Notes: generated by a model from the letters alone, not told the origin. 64,000 nucleotides of DNA from Planctomycetota bacterium (GCA_965223845.1 CBDCXR010000004.1:3872001-3936000); one strand, 5' to 3'; counted from the first letter of the stretch, positions 9,617 to 20,033 are shown. Program-made: numbers and translations.

Positions 9617-10114
9617 TTAGCAGCCGCGGAACGGGTGATTCGCGCTCGCGCGTCCGGAGAGCATCGCGTCGGCCGACGGATCGCTCTTCATCGCGCGGGC
9701 GATCGAGAGCTTCGTCGCCTCGTAGTTGTAATCGTGGATCTTCTTGTCGTCTTCGGCTTCCCAGTGGATAAACACGCCACAGACGATGACGAGATCTTCG
9801 CACTGATCCTTCGGGATGATGCCCTCTTGCACCGCGTCGGAGACCGCCTCGGCGACCGCCGCCTGAGCCGGACCGAACATTTGAACGGCCTGCTTGGCGC
9901 CCTTGATCGTCACCTTCGTGATGAGCACCGTAGAGGGCTTCACCGCGAGGTTCGGTTCGAGGACGGCGAGAAGATTCGAATGCCCTTGGCGCTGGGACGC
10001 GAGTGCGTTCGCGAACGCGACGCCGACGGGTCCGTCCTTCGAGCCGATCAACAGATCGATGTGTGCGACCTCGTTCCCGTCGCCGACCAACGCTTCTCCG
10101 ATGTACATCGACAT
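9617..10114 (-). CDS. fae: Formaldehyde-activating enzyme
   Basis: [50 protein letters not shown] and NYEATK motifs; C-terminal HPF. Confidence 0.95.
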   Translation of the reverse strand: MSMYIGEALVGDGNEVAHIDLLIGSKDGPVGVAFANALASQRQGHSNLLAVLEPNLAVKPSTVLITKVTIKGAKQAVQMFGPAQAAVAEAVSDAVQEGIIPKDQCEDLVIVCGVFIHWEAEDDKKIHDYNYEATKLSIARAMKSDPSADAMLSGRASANHPFRGC

Positions 10115-10695
10115 AGGATTCCTCCCAGAGAAATTCATGCGGACGCCGAACGGATCAGCGCCGATTTCCGACTTCGCTCACAATACGGTCCCGAGCGACA
10201 ACACGCGACGCGATCGGAAGCGGTGGATCGCGCTCGGTGCGTCGACGCGTACATGCGACGCCGAGGGCCGCTTTGGGCCAGTCGGAGATTGTCGCCGGAC
10301 GTTATCAACGGGCCGCTCGCCTCGGTCGGCGAGATGAGAGCCACTCGTTACCGACCGAGTGGACGTGCAACCCCCCGGCGGCGATCGACAGCACGCTGGC
10401 GCAAGGAAATCCAGCGGATCGCGACGACATTCCGACGTGGGAACTCCCCACGGAGTACGGCACGATCGGAACATCGCTCAACCGAAGAATCCTTGAACAG
10501 CAGGCTGACAAGCCCAGTCGTATACCAAAAGCGCGCTCTCGATGGCAAATCCAAATCGCGCCCGGAGTTGGGGATGAGGCCCGCCCGGCGGACGGCAGGC
10601 GAATCTCGGACCGATCGGCCGGTGCGCCTCCTACTCGACGTGCGAAGGGACCGGCCGGGCGGCGGCCTTCGATCGCTCGCGGCTCCGATCTCGCC

Positions 10696-11928
10696 GTGAT
10701 CGCGTCGTCGAGTGAACGAGTGCCGCGGGTTTCGGTCTTCGGCGCGAGCGCACGCGCCGCTTGCGCCTCGCTCCGGCGCGCCGGAATCGAGGCGTGGGCC
10801 GCGGATCGGTTCGACGACGCGGATCTCAGCGCGTCCGCTCGGGTCGTCTCCGCGAGCGGCAATTGGCCCGAGAGGCTTTGCGACGCGATCGAAGCGACGC
10901 CACGCGGGCAGCCGTGGATCTACTCGGGAGCGCTCGAGAATCATCCGGAGCTCGTCAGCCGAATGGAGCGTCGCCGGCCGCTTCTCGGCTGCCCGGCGGA
11001 AGTGCTCGCGCGGGTTCGCGATCCGTTCCGTCTCGCGCGCGCGGTTCCGATGCCGGAGTTGTCGCGAGCGCCTCCGCCGAAGGGCGGCGGCGAGTGGCTC
11101 CTCAAGCCGTATCGGAGCGCCGGAGGGGCCGGGGTTCGCCTCGCGGCTGCCTGCGTGCGCGACGATCGCGCGAACGTTCGCTCGACCGCGTCTGCGTACT
11201 GGCAGCGTCGAGTCGACGGCGAATCGCGCTCGGCCCTCTTCGTCGCGACTCGACGCGGCGCCCGATTCGTCGGCGCGACTCTCCAGCTCGCCGGCGTACC
11301 GTGGCTCGGTGCCGCCGATTACCTGTGGTGCGGGAACGTCGCCCCGCTCTCCGTCTCCTCCGCCGAACGACGCGAGCTCTGCGCCATCGCGTGGACGATC
11401 ACCTCGGAGATGGGCCTCACCGGCGTATTCGGAATCGACTACATCCGTTCCGGGGAGCCGCACGCGCCTCGCATCTCGATCCTCGAGTGCAATCCGCGCT
11501 ACCCGGCTTCGCTCGAACTGTTCGAGTTCGCCGCCCGCCGACCGCTGATCGGCCTTCACATCGCCGCGGCGTCGAGACCCGACGCGACGCTCCCGGCCCT
11601 CGAGCCCATCGCCGCGCGCCGCTTGTTTGCGCGGGGAGTTCTCTACGCGCGTCGTGACATCGCGAGCTTCCCGATCGTTCGACCCCGGACGCGAAGCGAT
11701 CGCTTCGCGTTCCCGCGGTGGGCCGACATCCCCGCTCCCGATCGACGCATCGCTGCCGGCGAGCCGATCTTCAGCCTCTATGCGAGCGGCTCGAGCCCAG
11801 AGTCCTGCGTGGCACGTCTGCGACGCACCGCCGCTCGCTGCGTCTCGAGACTCGAGAGCTCGGGGGACGAACCTCGCGCCGGAGACTCGAGCGGACTCGA
11901 AGAGCGAGCTCGGTTGCGCTTGCTATGA
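10696..11928 (+). CDS. ATP-grasp protein (COG2232-like, H4MPT-cluster 'Orf1' type)
   Basis: GASARAACASL, DRFDDADL, YSGALENHP, WLLKPYRSAGGAG, FGIDY, ILECNPRYPAS and WADIP motifs; leads into fhcB. Start uncertain. Confidence 0.75.
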   Translation: MIASSSERVPRVSVFGASARAACASLRRAGIEAWAADRFDDADLSASARVVSASGNWPERLCDAIEATPRGQPWIYSGALENHPELVSRMERRRPLLGCPAEVLARVRDPFRLARAVPMPELSRAPPPKGGGEWLLKPYRSAGGAGVRLAAACVRDDRANVRSTASAYWQRRVDGESRSALFVATRRGARFVGATLQLAGVPWLGAADYLWCGNVAPLSVSSAERRELCAIAWTITSEMGLTGVFGIDYIRSGEPHAPRISILECNPRYPASLELFEFAARRPLIGLHIAAASRPDATLPALEPIAARRLFARGVLYARRDIASFPIVRPRTRSDRFAFPRWADIPAPDRRIAAGEPIFSLYASGSSPESCVARLRRTAARCVSRLESSGDEPRAGDSSGLEERARLRLL

Positions 11929-12040
11929 AGATCGATTTTGGGTTCACTCTCCGCGGGGCTCGGTTCGGACGCGGAATTCGAGTTCGGCGGAGTGACGAGA
12001 GCGGTGCGAGGGGAGTAGCATCGCAGGAAGGGAGAGCGGG

Positions 12041-13318
12041 ATGACCGACGCCGCGTCGGGATCCATCGAGATTCCCCACGGAGTCGCGGTCGGCTGCGGC
12101 GACTTCTGTCCGGACGTGTCGGTTCGGTTCGACGCCGGCGAGTGCGTGGGCGTCGAGCGCGCGTGCGGCGCGTGCGAGGACTTTCTGCGAGCGCTCGCCC
12201 CACTCCCCGATCGAGGACTCTCCGCGCGCATCGGCGGCGAAGCCGCGACCGTTGACGATGCGCTCACGCGCGCGGGTGAGCTCTCGCGGGCCGCAAACGC
12301 ACCGGTCGTCTGCGGCCTTCGTGATCTCACCTTGGAGTCGCTCGAGCGTGCCGTCGAGCTCGCGCGCAAACTCGGTGCGGTTCTCATTCCGGACCCGCCG
12401 ATCGGAGACGCGCTCACCCGTGCGGGGATCGATGTCCCGGACTCGTCGGTGTCCCAAGGTGAAGTTGCCGCCGATGCGGACTGCATCGTTCTCTGGGGAC
12501 GAGATTGCGAAGTCGTGAGACGCCTCGCGGCTCGTCCGCTTCGCCGCGGCGGCGAACGACGGTTCCTGACGATCGGAAGCGGCGCCGGCTCGAGCGATCC
12601 GAGCGAGACGATCGCGCTTCCGCCCGACGTCCACCTCGGTGATCTCCAGGTGGCCCGCGCATTCGCGCTCGCGATTCGCCCCGCCGCGAATCGACGGTCG
12701 GGCGACGCGTCTCCGTCGGTTTCGTCGGCGGGTGCGGCACTCGAGCAAGCGGTCGCCGGCTCACGCTACACGCACTTCGTTCTCGATCCCGCGGTGAAAG
12801 CGTTTCGTGCGGTGCGCGACACTCTCCAGCGCGTCGCCGCGGAAGTTCGCGAGCGCCATCGCATCACCGTGAGCACGCGTCCCGAACGGGGGAACCTTCG
12901 CGGCCTCGTCGAGGTGCTCACGTGGACTACGGGCTCCGTAGGCGCGCTCGACTTCAGCGTGCTCGACGGTTCCGGGGCGAGTCCGAACGAACCGGAGAAT
13001 CTGGGGCCGTGGCGGGCCGATGACGTCATCGCCGAGCGCCGAGCGGATCTCGTCATCGCGCTCGGCTCGACCGACGTCTTCGCCCGGTGTCGCCGGTGCC
13101 CATCGATGCGCGCCATCGCGATCGGTCCGGCGCCGGACCCGAGCGCGGACGTCGCTCTCCGCTCGCCCGGACTCGACCCGCGGCTCACGGCCTCGGTCGT
13201 CCGCTCGGACGGTGTGTTTCTCGAGCTCTCCGGAGCGAGCCCCGACGGCGTGCGAGATCCCGTCGCGACGTTTCTCGAGCGCTGGAACGATCGCCTGAGC
13301 ACGGGGAGCGACGCGTGA
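12041..13318 (+). CDS. fhcB: Formyltransferase/hydrolase complex subunit B (FwdB/FhcB-like)
   Basis: Cys-containing N-terminus; RAVELARKLGAV, ADCIVLWG, GNLRGLVEVLTWTTG and VRSDGV motifs; GTGA overlap with fhcA. Confidence 0.75.
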   Translation: MTDAASGSIEIPHGVAVGCGDFCPDVSVRFDAGECVGVERACGACEDFLRALAPLPDRGLSARIGGEAATVDDALTRAGELSRAANAPVVCGLRDLTLESLERAVELARKLGAVLIPDPPIGDALTRAGIDVPDSSVSQGEVAADADCIVLWGRDCEVVRRLAARPLRRGGERRFLTIGSGAGSSDPSETIALPPDVHLGDLQVARAFALAIRPAANRRSGDASPSVSSAGAALEQAVAGSRYTHFVLDPAVKAFRAVRDTLQRVAAEVRERHRITVSTRPERGNLRGLVEVLTWTTGSVGALDFSVLDGSGASPNEPENLGPWRADDVIAERRADLVIALGSTDVFARCRRCPSMRAIAIGPAPDPSADVALRSPGLDPRLTASVVRSDGVFLELSGASPDGVRDPVATFLERWNDRLSTGSDA

Positions 13319-14916
13319 AGGTCTGCGTTCGCGGCGGCCGCGTCTACGACCCGACGAACCGACGTGCCGGCGACGTTGCCGACATCGCGATCGACGGCGA
13401 CCGCATCGTCTCGAGCGATGGCTTCGAGCCCGAGCGCGTGATCGATGCGACCGGCGGCATCGTGATGGCCGGCGGTGTCGACATGCACTCCCACATCGCC
13501 GGACCGATGGTGAACCGTGCTCGACGCCTCCTCGCGGAGACGTCTCCGGGCGCGCGCGCCGCGCCGCCGCTCGTGCCGTCGTCGTCCTTGACGGGACGTC
13601 TCTACGCGGCGCTCGGCTACACGACGGCGATCGATGCCGCCGTTGCGCCCACCGGCGCGCGACAGTGCTACCGCGAGATCGCCGCGACCGACCACCTCGA
13701 TTGCGGCTTTCTTCTTCTCCTCGCGAACCACGAGGGCCTAATCGACCGACTCGCACGCGGCGAGCGGACCGCCGCGGTGGAGATGGCTCGCAGCCTTCTC
13801 GTCCGAACCGGCGCGTTCGGCATCAAGGCCGTCAATCCAGGCGGTGTCGCACGCTGGAAGCACGGCGCCGACCCCGTCACGACACTCGACGACCGAATCG
13901 GCAGCACGGATGTGACTCCGGGCCACATCCTCGAGCTTCTGGCGGACGTGGCGGAGGAATCTCGACTCCCCCACCCGCTTCACATCCACTGCAACCGCCT
14001 CGGCACGCCGATGAACATCGAGACGACGCTCGCGACGTCGGTTCGTCTCGCCGGGCGCCGGCATCACCTCGCGCACGTTCAGTTCCACGCGTACGGCGCG
14101 AGCTCGAGCGGCGCCCTCGCGAGCGCCGCCTCGAGACTCGCCGAATACTTGAATCAAACACCGACGGTCACGGTGGACATCGGCCAAGTCATGCTCGACG
14201 AAGCCTTGACGCTGAGCGCAGACGAAGCGCTCGAGCATCGCCTGTGGCGTCTCACCGGGAAGCGCTACGTCAATCACGACGTCGAGCTCGAAACGGGATG
14301 CGGGATGGTCGAGTTTCGTTACCTCCCGCGCTCCCGCCTTCACGCTCTTCAATGGGCGGTCGGTCTCGAGCTTCTTCTTCTCGTTCGCGATCCGTGGCAG
14401 ATCGCACTCACGACGGATCACCCGAACGGCGGATCCTTTCTCAAATACCCGAAACTGATCGCGCAGCTCATGAGCCGAGACGTTCGTCGCGAGGCGATGC
14501 TCCAGGCGAATGCAGATGCGATCGCGGGTACGAATCTCCCGGATCTCAGCCGCGAATATTCGCTCGCCGAGATCGCCGTCGTCACTCGAGCGGGTCCCGC
14601 GCGCATTCTCGGCCTCGAGCGAAAAGGGCACCTCGGGGTCGGCGCCGACGCGGATGTCGTCGTTTACGATGACCTGTCCGACCGCGAAAAAATGTTTCGT
14701 ACCCCTCGCTACGTACTTCGCAGCGGCCGAGTGATCGCCGAGAACGGAGAACCGATCACCCGCGGAACGGGACGCGTTCTTCGAGCCGTGATCGGTGACG
14801 ACGGAGTCGACGAGGCACCGCTCCGCCGCTGGTTCGATGCCTACGGATCGTATCCGCTCGATCAGCTCGGACCTCGACGCCCCGAGCTCGAAGCCGCTCG
14901 AGCGATCGCGCCATGA
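13315..14916 (+). CDS. fhcA: Formyltransferase/hydrolase complex subunit A (formylmethanofuran dehydrogenase A-like amidohydrolase)
   Basis: GGRVYDP, GGVDMHSHIAG, GIKAVNPGG, HPLHIHCN, HVQFHAYG, QWAVGLEL, TTDHPNGG and KGHLGVGADAD motifs. Confidence 0.93.
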   Translation: MKVCVRGGRVYDPTNRRAGDVADIAIDGDRIVSSDGFEPERVIDATGGIVMAGGVDMHSHIAGPMVNRARRLLAETSPGARAAPPLVPSSSLTGRLYAALGYTTAIDAAVAPTGARQCYREIAATDHLDCGFLLLLANHEGLIDRLARGERTAAVEMARSLLVRTGAFGIKAVNPGGVARWKHGADPVTTLDDRIGSTDVTPGHILELLADVAEESRLPHPLHIHCNRLGTPMNIETTLATSVRLAGRRHHLAHVQFHAYGASSSGALASAASRLAEYLNQTPTVTVDIGQVMLDEALTLSADEALEHRLWRLTGKRYVNHDVELETGCGMVEFRYLPRSRLHALQWAVGLELLLLVRDPWQIALTTDHPNGGSFLKYPKLIAQLMSRDVRREAMLQANADAIAGTNLPDLSREYSLAEIAVVTRAGPARILGLERKGHLGVGADADVVVYDDLSDREKMFRTPRYVLRSGRVIAENGEPITRGTGRVLRAVIGDDGVDEAPLRRWFDAYGSYPLDQLGPRRPELEAARAIAP

Positions 14917-15803
14917 AGATCGACGGCACGACGATCGACGACACGTTCGCCGAAGCGTTTCGGATGCGCTACATCCGGCTCATAATCACCGCGGTCGACC
15001 CGCACTGGGTCGACTGCGCGTCGCGCGAGCTGACCGGTTACGGGACCTCCATCATCGCGTGCGACGCCGAAGCGGGAATCGAGCATCCGATCGCGGCGGA
15101 TGCTTCTCCCGACGGGCGGCCCGGCGCGGCACTTCTCTTCTTCGGGTTCTCGGCGGAAGCGCTCGGGAACGCTCTCGTCCGCCGCGTGGGTCAGTGCTTG
15201 ATGACCTGCCCGACGTCGGCCGGCTACGACGGCCTCCCGACGGGCGACACGCGGGTGCCGCTCGGGAAGCATCTGCGCTTCTTCGGAGACGGTTATCAGC
15301 GAAGCAAGGTGATCGCCGGGCGGCGATTTTGGCGGGTGCCGGTGATGGACGGCGAGTTCCTCTGCGAAGAGTCGGCGGGAGTCGAGAAGGGGATCGCCGG
15401 TGGGAACATCATCGTTCAAGGAACTTCGCAGGCAGCAGCGCTCGAAGCCGCGCGGGCGGCGGTCGAGGCGATCGCCCTGCTGCCCGGAGTCATCACGCCG
15501 TTTCCGGGTGGTGTGGTGCGAAGCGGGAGCAAAGTCGGCTCGCGCTACCGCGCGCTCAAGGCCTCGACGAACGACGAGTTTTGCCCGTCCGTCCGGAGCC
15601 GAGTGAACTCTCGACTTCATCCCGACGCGACTTGCGCGTACGAAATCGTGATCGACGGAGTCGACGACCCGAGCGTACGCCGCGCGATGGCGACGGCGAT
15701 TCGGGCGGCAGCCACCTCTCGTGACGTCCCGATGATCTCCGCGGGGAACTACGGCGGTAAGCTCGGGAAGTTCCTCTACCCGCTTCGCGAGGTGCTCGAA
15801 TGA
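14913..15803 (+). CDS. fhcD: Formylmethanofuran--H4MPT N-formyltransferase
   Basis: IDDTFAEAF, TSIIACDAEAG, PDGRPG, RVGQCLMTCPT, FFGDG, PFPGGVVRSGSKVGS and AGNYGGKLG motifs. Confidence 0.95.
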   Translation: MKIDGTTIDDTFAEAFRMRYIRLIITAVDPHWVDCASRELTGYGTSIIACDAEAGIEHPIAADASPDGRPGAALLFFGFSAEALGNALVRRVGQCLMTCPTSAGYDGLPTGDTRVPLGKHLRFFGDGYQRSKVIAGRRFWRVPVMDGEFLCEESAGVEKGIAGGNIIVQGTSQAAALEAARAAVEAIALLPGVITPFPGGVVRSGSKVGSRYRALKASTNDEFCPSVRSRVNSRLHPDATCAYEIVIDGVDDPSVRRAMATAIRAAATSRDVPMISAGNYGGKLGKFLYPLREVLE

Positions 15804-16633
15804 GCGGCGGTTGGACGCTCGCGTGGAAGGAGCGCCTCGCGCCGAACGGCCCGGACGGGATCATCGATGGTCGCTCGCTCCGCCCCGACGCCCTCGCGTC
15901 GCTTTCGCTCGCCGACGTTCGCCGACTGCCGATCCGCGTCGGTCGGCGGCGCCGAACCGTCGACGAGTTGTTCGATGTGACTCCGAGCGATCCCGAGACG
16001 CTGACGGTCGATGGGTCGCCGCGATTCGTTCGTCTCGGCGCGGAGTGCGCGTCGGGTCGACTCGTCGTCCGCGGAAGCGGCGGTGAATTTGTCGGTGCTG
16101 GTCTCCGCGGAGGCGAGATCGTCATCGAAGGCTCCGCCGGCAACGACGTCGGGGCGGCGATGACGAGCGGACTTCTTCGCGTGCGCGGAGATGCGGGCCA
16201 TCGCGTCGGGGGACCGCTCCCCGGGGGAACTCACGGCATGCGCGGGGGCGAGATCGTGATCCACGCTTCGGTCGGCGACGACCTCGGAGCGTGCATGCGC
16301 CGCGGGCTCATCGCGGTCGCCGGAACCGCCGGGGAGTGCGTCGGTCGTCATCTGCGCGCGGGGACGATCCTCGTTGCGACGGGAGAGCTCGTCGCACCCG
16401 GCGTCGGAATGCGACGCGGGAGCATCATCGCGCTCGCGTCGGGGCCGCCGCAGCTTCCCGGCTTCGCTCGCGACGGGCTCGTCGAGCCGGTCTGGCTGCG
16501 CCTCCTCGCAGGACGGCTGCGCGAGCTCCACTTCCCCGATGCGTCCCACCCTTCCTTCCTGCCTCCCGTCATGAGCTCCTGGAGCGGTGACCACCTCGAG
16601 CTGGGCAAGGGCGAGATTCTCGTTCGACCCTAG
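15800..16633 (+). CDS. fhcC: Formyltransferase/hydrolase complex subunit C (GXGXG beta-helix)
   Basis: Repeated GxxMxGGxIxVxG units, GMRRGSI and GKGEIL; ATGA overlap with fhcD. Confidence 0.9.
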   Translation: MSGGWTLAWKERLAPNGPDGIIDGRSLRPDALASLSLADVRRLPIRVGRRRRTVDELFDVTPSDPETLTVDGSPRFVRLGAECASGRLVVRGSGGEFVGAGLRGGEIVIEGSAGNDVGAAMTSGLLRVRGDAGHRVGGPLPGGTHGMRGGEIVIHASVGDDLGACMRRGLIAVAGTAGECVGRHLRAGTILVATGELVAPGVGMRRGSIIALASGPPQLPGFARDGLVEPVWLRLLAGRLRELHFPDASHPSFLPPVMSSWSGDHLELGKGEILVRP

Positions 16634-16835
16634 AACGGTTGTTCGAGCTCGAACGGCTCTCGACGAATCGGCAAGCGACGCACGTCCGATCTACGGACGA
16701 GTCGTTCGAAGTGCAGGCTAAGAAGTCTCCGAGTCTAGTCCGGCGGGATTCTAAGCCTTCACACCCGACGGGTGATCGTCGAAGATGACGCCCGTCTCGC
16801 CTCGACTTCTTCGCAAGAATACTAGGTACTCGTCC

Positions 16836-18461
16836 ATGCTCCCCCACACTTCGCTCCGCCTCGTCGCCCGCACCGGCCTCTTCCTCGCGCTCGCGGCGTT
16901 GCCGGCGTCGGCGGACGAAGAGCCGAACGACGGTATCGACCTTCGCTTCCGCGGCCGAGTGGTCGACGACTCCGGTGCGGTTCGCGTCGTCGAAAAGAAG
17001 GCACGCTGGGGCGGCAAAGACACCGCGGTGATCATCTGCGATATGTGGAACGAGCACTGGTGCCGAGGCGCGACGCGAAGAGTCGCGGAGATGGCTCCGC
17101 GCATGAACGCCGTAATCCAAAAAGCGCGCGCGGCCGGCATGCTCATTATTCACGCCCCGAGCGGCGTGCTCGAGGCGTACAAAGACACGCCGCAGCGAAA
17201 GCTCGCTCAGTCGGCGCCGGCGGCCACACCGAAGGTTCCGCTTCGAGGCTGGTGCTCGCTCGACAAGGATCGCGAGGGCGAGCTGCCGATCGACGATTCC
17301 GATGGCGGCTGCGACTGCGTACCGCAGTGCGCGTCTCGCTCGGCGTGGTCGAAGCAGATCGACACGCTCGAAATCGCCGAAGGCGACGCGATCACGGACA
17401 GCGCGGAAGCGTACAACCTTCTCGAAGAGCGCGGCATCGACAACGTCATCGTCATGGGAGTCCACACGAACATGTGCGTTCTCGGCCGACCGTTCTCGAT
17501 TCGGCAGATGGTGTACCAAGACAAGAACGTCGCACTCGTGCGAGATCTCACCGACACGATGTACAACCCGCGGATGCGTCCGTACGTGAACCACTTTCTC
17601 GGGACGGACCTCGTCGTCGAGCACATCGAGAAGTTCTGGTGCCCGACCGTGACGAGCGCCGATTTTCTCGGCGGCGAACCGTTCCGATTCCGAAACGACG
17701 TGCGCCCGAAGGTTGTTTTTCTCATCGGAGAGCGAGAGTACGACACGAAGACGACGCTCCCGCGCTTCATCGAAACGGTCCTCGTTCCGAACGGTATCCG
17801 CCCGGCGGTCGTGCACGTAAGCGACGACGATCCGAATCACTTTCCCGGGCTCGAGACGGCGCTCGAAGACGCGGACGCGCTCTTCATCAGCGTCCGCCGC
17901 CGAACTCCTCCGACGGCGCAGCTCGAGGCGATTCGCGCTTTCATCGCGTCGGGGAAGGCGATTCTCGGAATCCGGACGGCGAGTCACGCCTTCGATCGAA
18001 AGCTTCCCGACGAGCACCACGGACGATGGGAGGACTTCGATCGCGCCATCTTCGGCGGACATTACCAAGGACACTTCGGGAACAAGCCGGGGAAGGGTGG
18101 AGCGCACACGGTGGTCTGGCCGGCCGCCGGCGCCGAACGCCACCCGATCCTTACGGGCATCGAGCCGAAACGAATCCGCGTGACGTCACACCTCTACCGC
18201 AATCGGGACCTCGCCCGCACGACGTCGACGCTCCTCGTCGGCAAGCTCGAAGACCGACCCGGCGTCGAGCCGGTCGCGTGGACGAACGAAGCGACGCAGC
18301 GCGTCTTCTACACCTCGCTGGGCAACCCAGACGACTTCGCCGAGCCGATGTTCCAGCGGCTCCTTCTCAACGCCGTCCTCTGGGCGACGAGCGCTCCGAT
18401 TCCAAAGAAGGTCACACTCGAAGCCCCCGCGACGGCGGCGTCGGTCAACGACCCGCACTGA
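16836..18461 (+). CDS. Exported isochorismatase/nicotinamidase-like + ThuA-like (class I GATase-fold) protein
   Basis: Signal peptide; TAVIICDMWNEHWC, MGVHTNMCVLGRPF and RDLTDTMYNP; then GIRTASHAF and RVFYTSLGNPDDF. Confidence 0.8.
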   Translation: MLPHTSLRLVARTGLFLALAALPASADEEPNDGIDLRFRGRVVDDSGAVRVVEKKARWGGKDTAVIICDMWNEHWCRGATRRVAEMAPRMNAVIQKARAAGMLIIHAPSGVLEAYKDTPQRKLAQSAPAATPKVPLRGWCSLDKDREGELPIDDSDGGCDCVPQCASRSAWSKQIDTLEIAEGDAITDSAEAYNLLEERGIDNVIVMGVHTNMCVLGRPFSIRQMVYQDKNVALVRDLTDTMYNPRMRPYVNHFLGTDLVVEHIEKFWCPTVTSADFLGGEPFRFRNDVRPKVVFLIGEREYDTKTTLPRFIETVLVPNGIRPAVVHVSDDDPNHFPGLETALEDADALFISVRRRTPPTAQLEAIRAFIASGKAILGIRTASHAFDRKLPDEHHGRWEDFDRAIFGGHYQGHFGNKPGKGGAHTVVWPAAGAERHPILTGIEPKRIRVTSHLYRNRDLARTTSTLLVGKLEDRPGVEPVAWTNEATQRVFYTSLGNPDDFAEPMFQRLLLNAVLWATSAPIPKKVTLEAPATAASVNDPH

Positions 18462-18981
18462 GCGCGCGAAGCTGCCGCTTGTAGATCGCCCGCACCGCGG
18501 CGAAATCGCCGTCGTAGAGCCGCGCGCGAAAATCGGGAAACGTCCAGTCGTAGGGACGGTACTCGCCCTCGTAGTAGCGGGCGACGATGTCCGCGTAGAC
18601 GCCGCGCCCGAGGTGAATCTTCTGCGCGTCGTACTTGAGCGAACCGAGGACGATCTTGTGGATGTCGAAGTACCCGACGTCGATGTTCGCGCGACGCGCG
18701 CCGCCCGCGCGGAACGCGTCCTCGATGGCGACGGCCTCGTGCTTGCGCGCGACCAGCGCTTCGGGCGCGTCGAGGCGCTCGAACGAGACGATGGCGCGCG
18801 CGAGTCCCGCGCCCATCTCCGGTTCGTAGTAATTTGTCACCTTGAACGGGACGAGCTCACCGGCGTGATCGACCGCCCCCCAACGCACGACGCATTCGTC
18901 TAGCACCGCTCCGAGATCGACGCCGGGTGCTGCGAGAACGGCGGCGAACACCTTGACCGGCTCAGGCGCGCGGGCAGCCAT
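18445..18981 (-). CDS. DUF4416 family protein
   Basis: TNYYEPEMG, RRANIDVGY, KIHLGRGVYAD and WTFPDF motifs; AAGGAG RBS. Confidence 0.8.
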   Translation of the reverse strand: MAARAPEPVKVFAAVLAAPGVDLGAVLDECVVRWGAVDHAGELVPFKVTNYYEPEMGAGLARAIVSFERLDAPEALVARKHEAVAIEDAFRAGGARRANIDVGYFDIHKIVLGSLKYDAQKIHLGRGVYADIVARYYEGEYRPYDWTFPDFRARLYDGDFAAVRAIYKRQLRALSAGR

Positions 18982-19807
18982 CGAGTCGCTCTCCTTGCGA
19001 TCGCAGCACCGAGAGCGCGCGCTCGACGAGACGGCGGTCGATGCCGAACGTTGCGGCGATGGTAGCCGCGAGCGCGGCGGGATCGATCTCCTCACGGCGA
19101 GTGCGCTCGCGCGATCGGACCTGGGCGCGGCAGCCTTGCAGGTAGACGTGCTCCCCGTTCTGAACCGTCGTGAGCACGGGGTAACGCATCATGTCCCAGG
19201 TAAACGACCGATCCCACGCGCAGACGAACTCGTCCGCGTCTACCGGCTGGGTCTTGAAGGTCAGGCGATGGCTTCGATTCGAGCCTCGCTCCGTGTGGAG
19301 CTCGAGCCGGTCGCCGCCGAGTTGTGGTCTGAGAATGACGTCGGTGAACGTCCCGGCAAGGCGAACCTCGTCGTCCGCGAGCGGCACGGGCCGGAGCACG
19401 AGATAGCCCGGATCGAGGAGATGGGGCCGCTCGTCGATCCAGACGAGGAGCGCGCAGTGGGTGTCCTCTCCGTAGTGTCGATCGGCGAGGATCGGCTCGG
19501 CACGCCAGCCGAGGGCGCGGAGGAGGCCGGTGAGCGCCGCGGTGAGCGCGAAGCACGTCCCGCCCGATCCGAATCGAACATGCTCGTCGATCACGCGCCC
19601 GGGTGACCGCTTCGCCCCGGGCCCGCACTCGTCGCTGCGGACGATCTTCGAGAGGTTCTCGTACGGCAAGCGGGCGAACTCCCGCGCGACGACCTCGATT
19701 CGGTCCGTGCCCCGCGCGTCCGAGACAGCGGGAAACGCGGCGGCGAATCGAGCGAGCGCTTTCGGAACTCCGCCCGGCGGCAGGAGATCGGTCGGTGATT
19801 CAGACAA
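18962..19807 (-). CDS. Arylamine N-acetyltransferase family protein
   Basis: LPYENLSKI, GGTCFAL, HCALLV and LLDPGY (Cys-His-Asp triad). Start uncertain (TTG 19807). Confidence 0.8.
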   Translation of the reverse strand: MSESPTDLLPPGGVPKALARFAAAFPAVSDARGTDRIEVVAREFARLPYENLSKIVRSDECGPGAKRSPGRVIDEHVRFGSGGTCFALTAALTGLLRALGWRAEPILADRHYGEDTHCALLVWIDERPHLLDPGYLVLRPVPLADDEVRLAGTFTDVILRPQLGGDRLELHTERGSNRSHRLTFKTQPVDADEFVCAWDRSFTWDMMRYPVLTTVQNGEHVYLQGCRAQVRSRERTRREEIDPAALAATIAATFGIDRRLVERALSVLRSQGERLDGCPRA

Positions 19808-20033
19808 AGCTCGGGCGGCGGCAAGCCGCGATTCGACGCCCGTGAGGGCGCGAAAGGAAGAATCGAACGAACCGCGATGAATACGCCTCCGAGGGCGCGC
19901 GTCCAAGCCCTCAGTATAACCCGCATCCTTGCGGAAACCGGCGAGTCGACGCGCCGGTTCTCGGCCTCGCGGCCGAGGGGGAGGATTCTCGACGTCGGCA
20001 CCCCGAGCCATCGGACGAACGGAGGCGGCGACG

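Noticed and set aside
9350-10699. 449-aa plus-strand ORF, and the long N-terminal extension of ORF 10237..11928
   Set aside because: The first is antisense to fae. The extension upstream of about 10696 has no family motif and crosses the divergent promoter region.
266-13318. Possible selenocysteine recoding (CysL-like LysR, transglutaminase, FwdB-like gene)
   Set aside because: No in-frame TGA at catalytic positions; the transglutaminase ends in TAA, and the fhcB TGA is an ordinary GTGA overlap.
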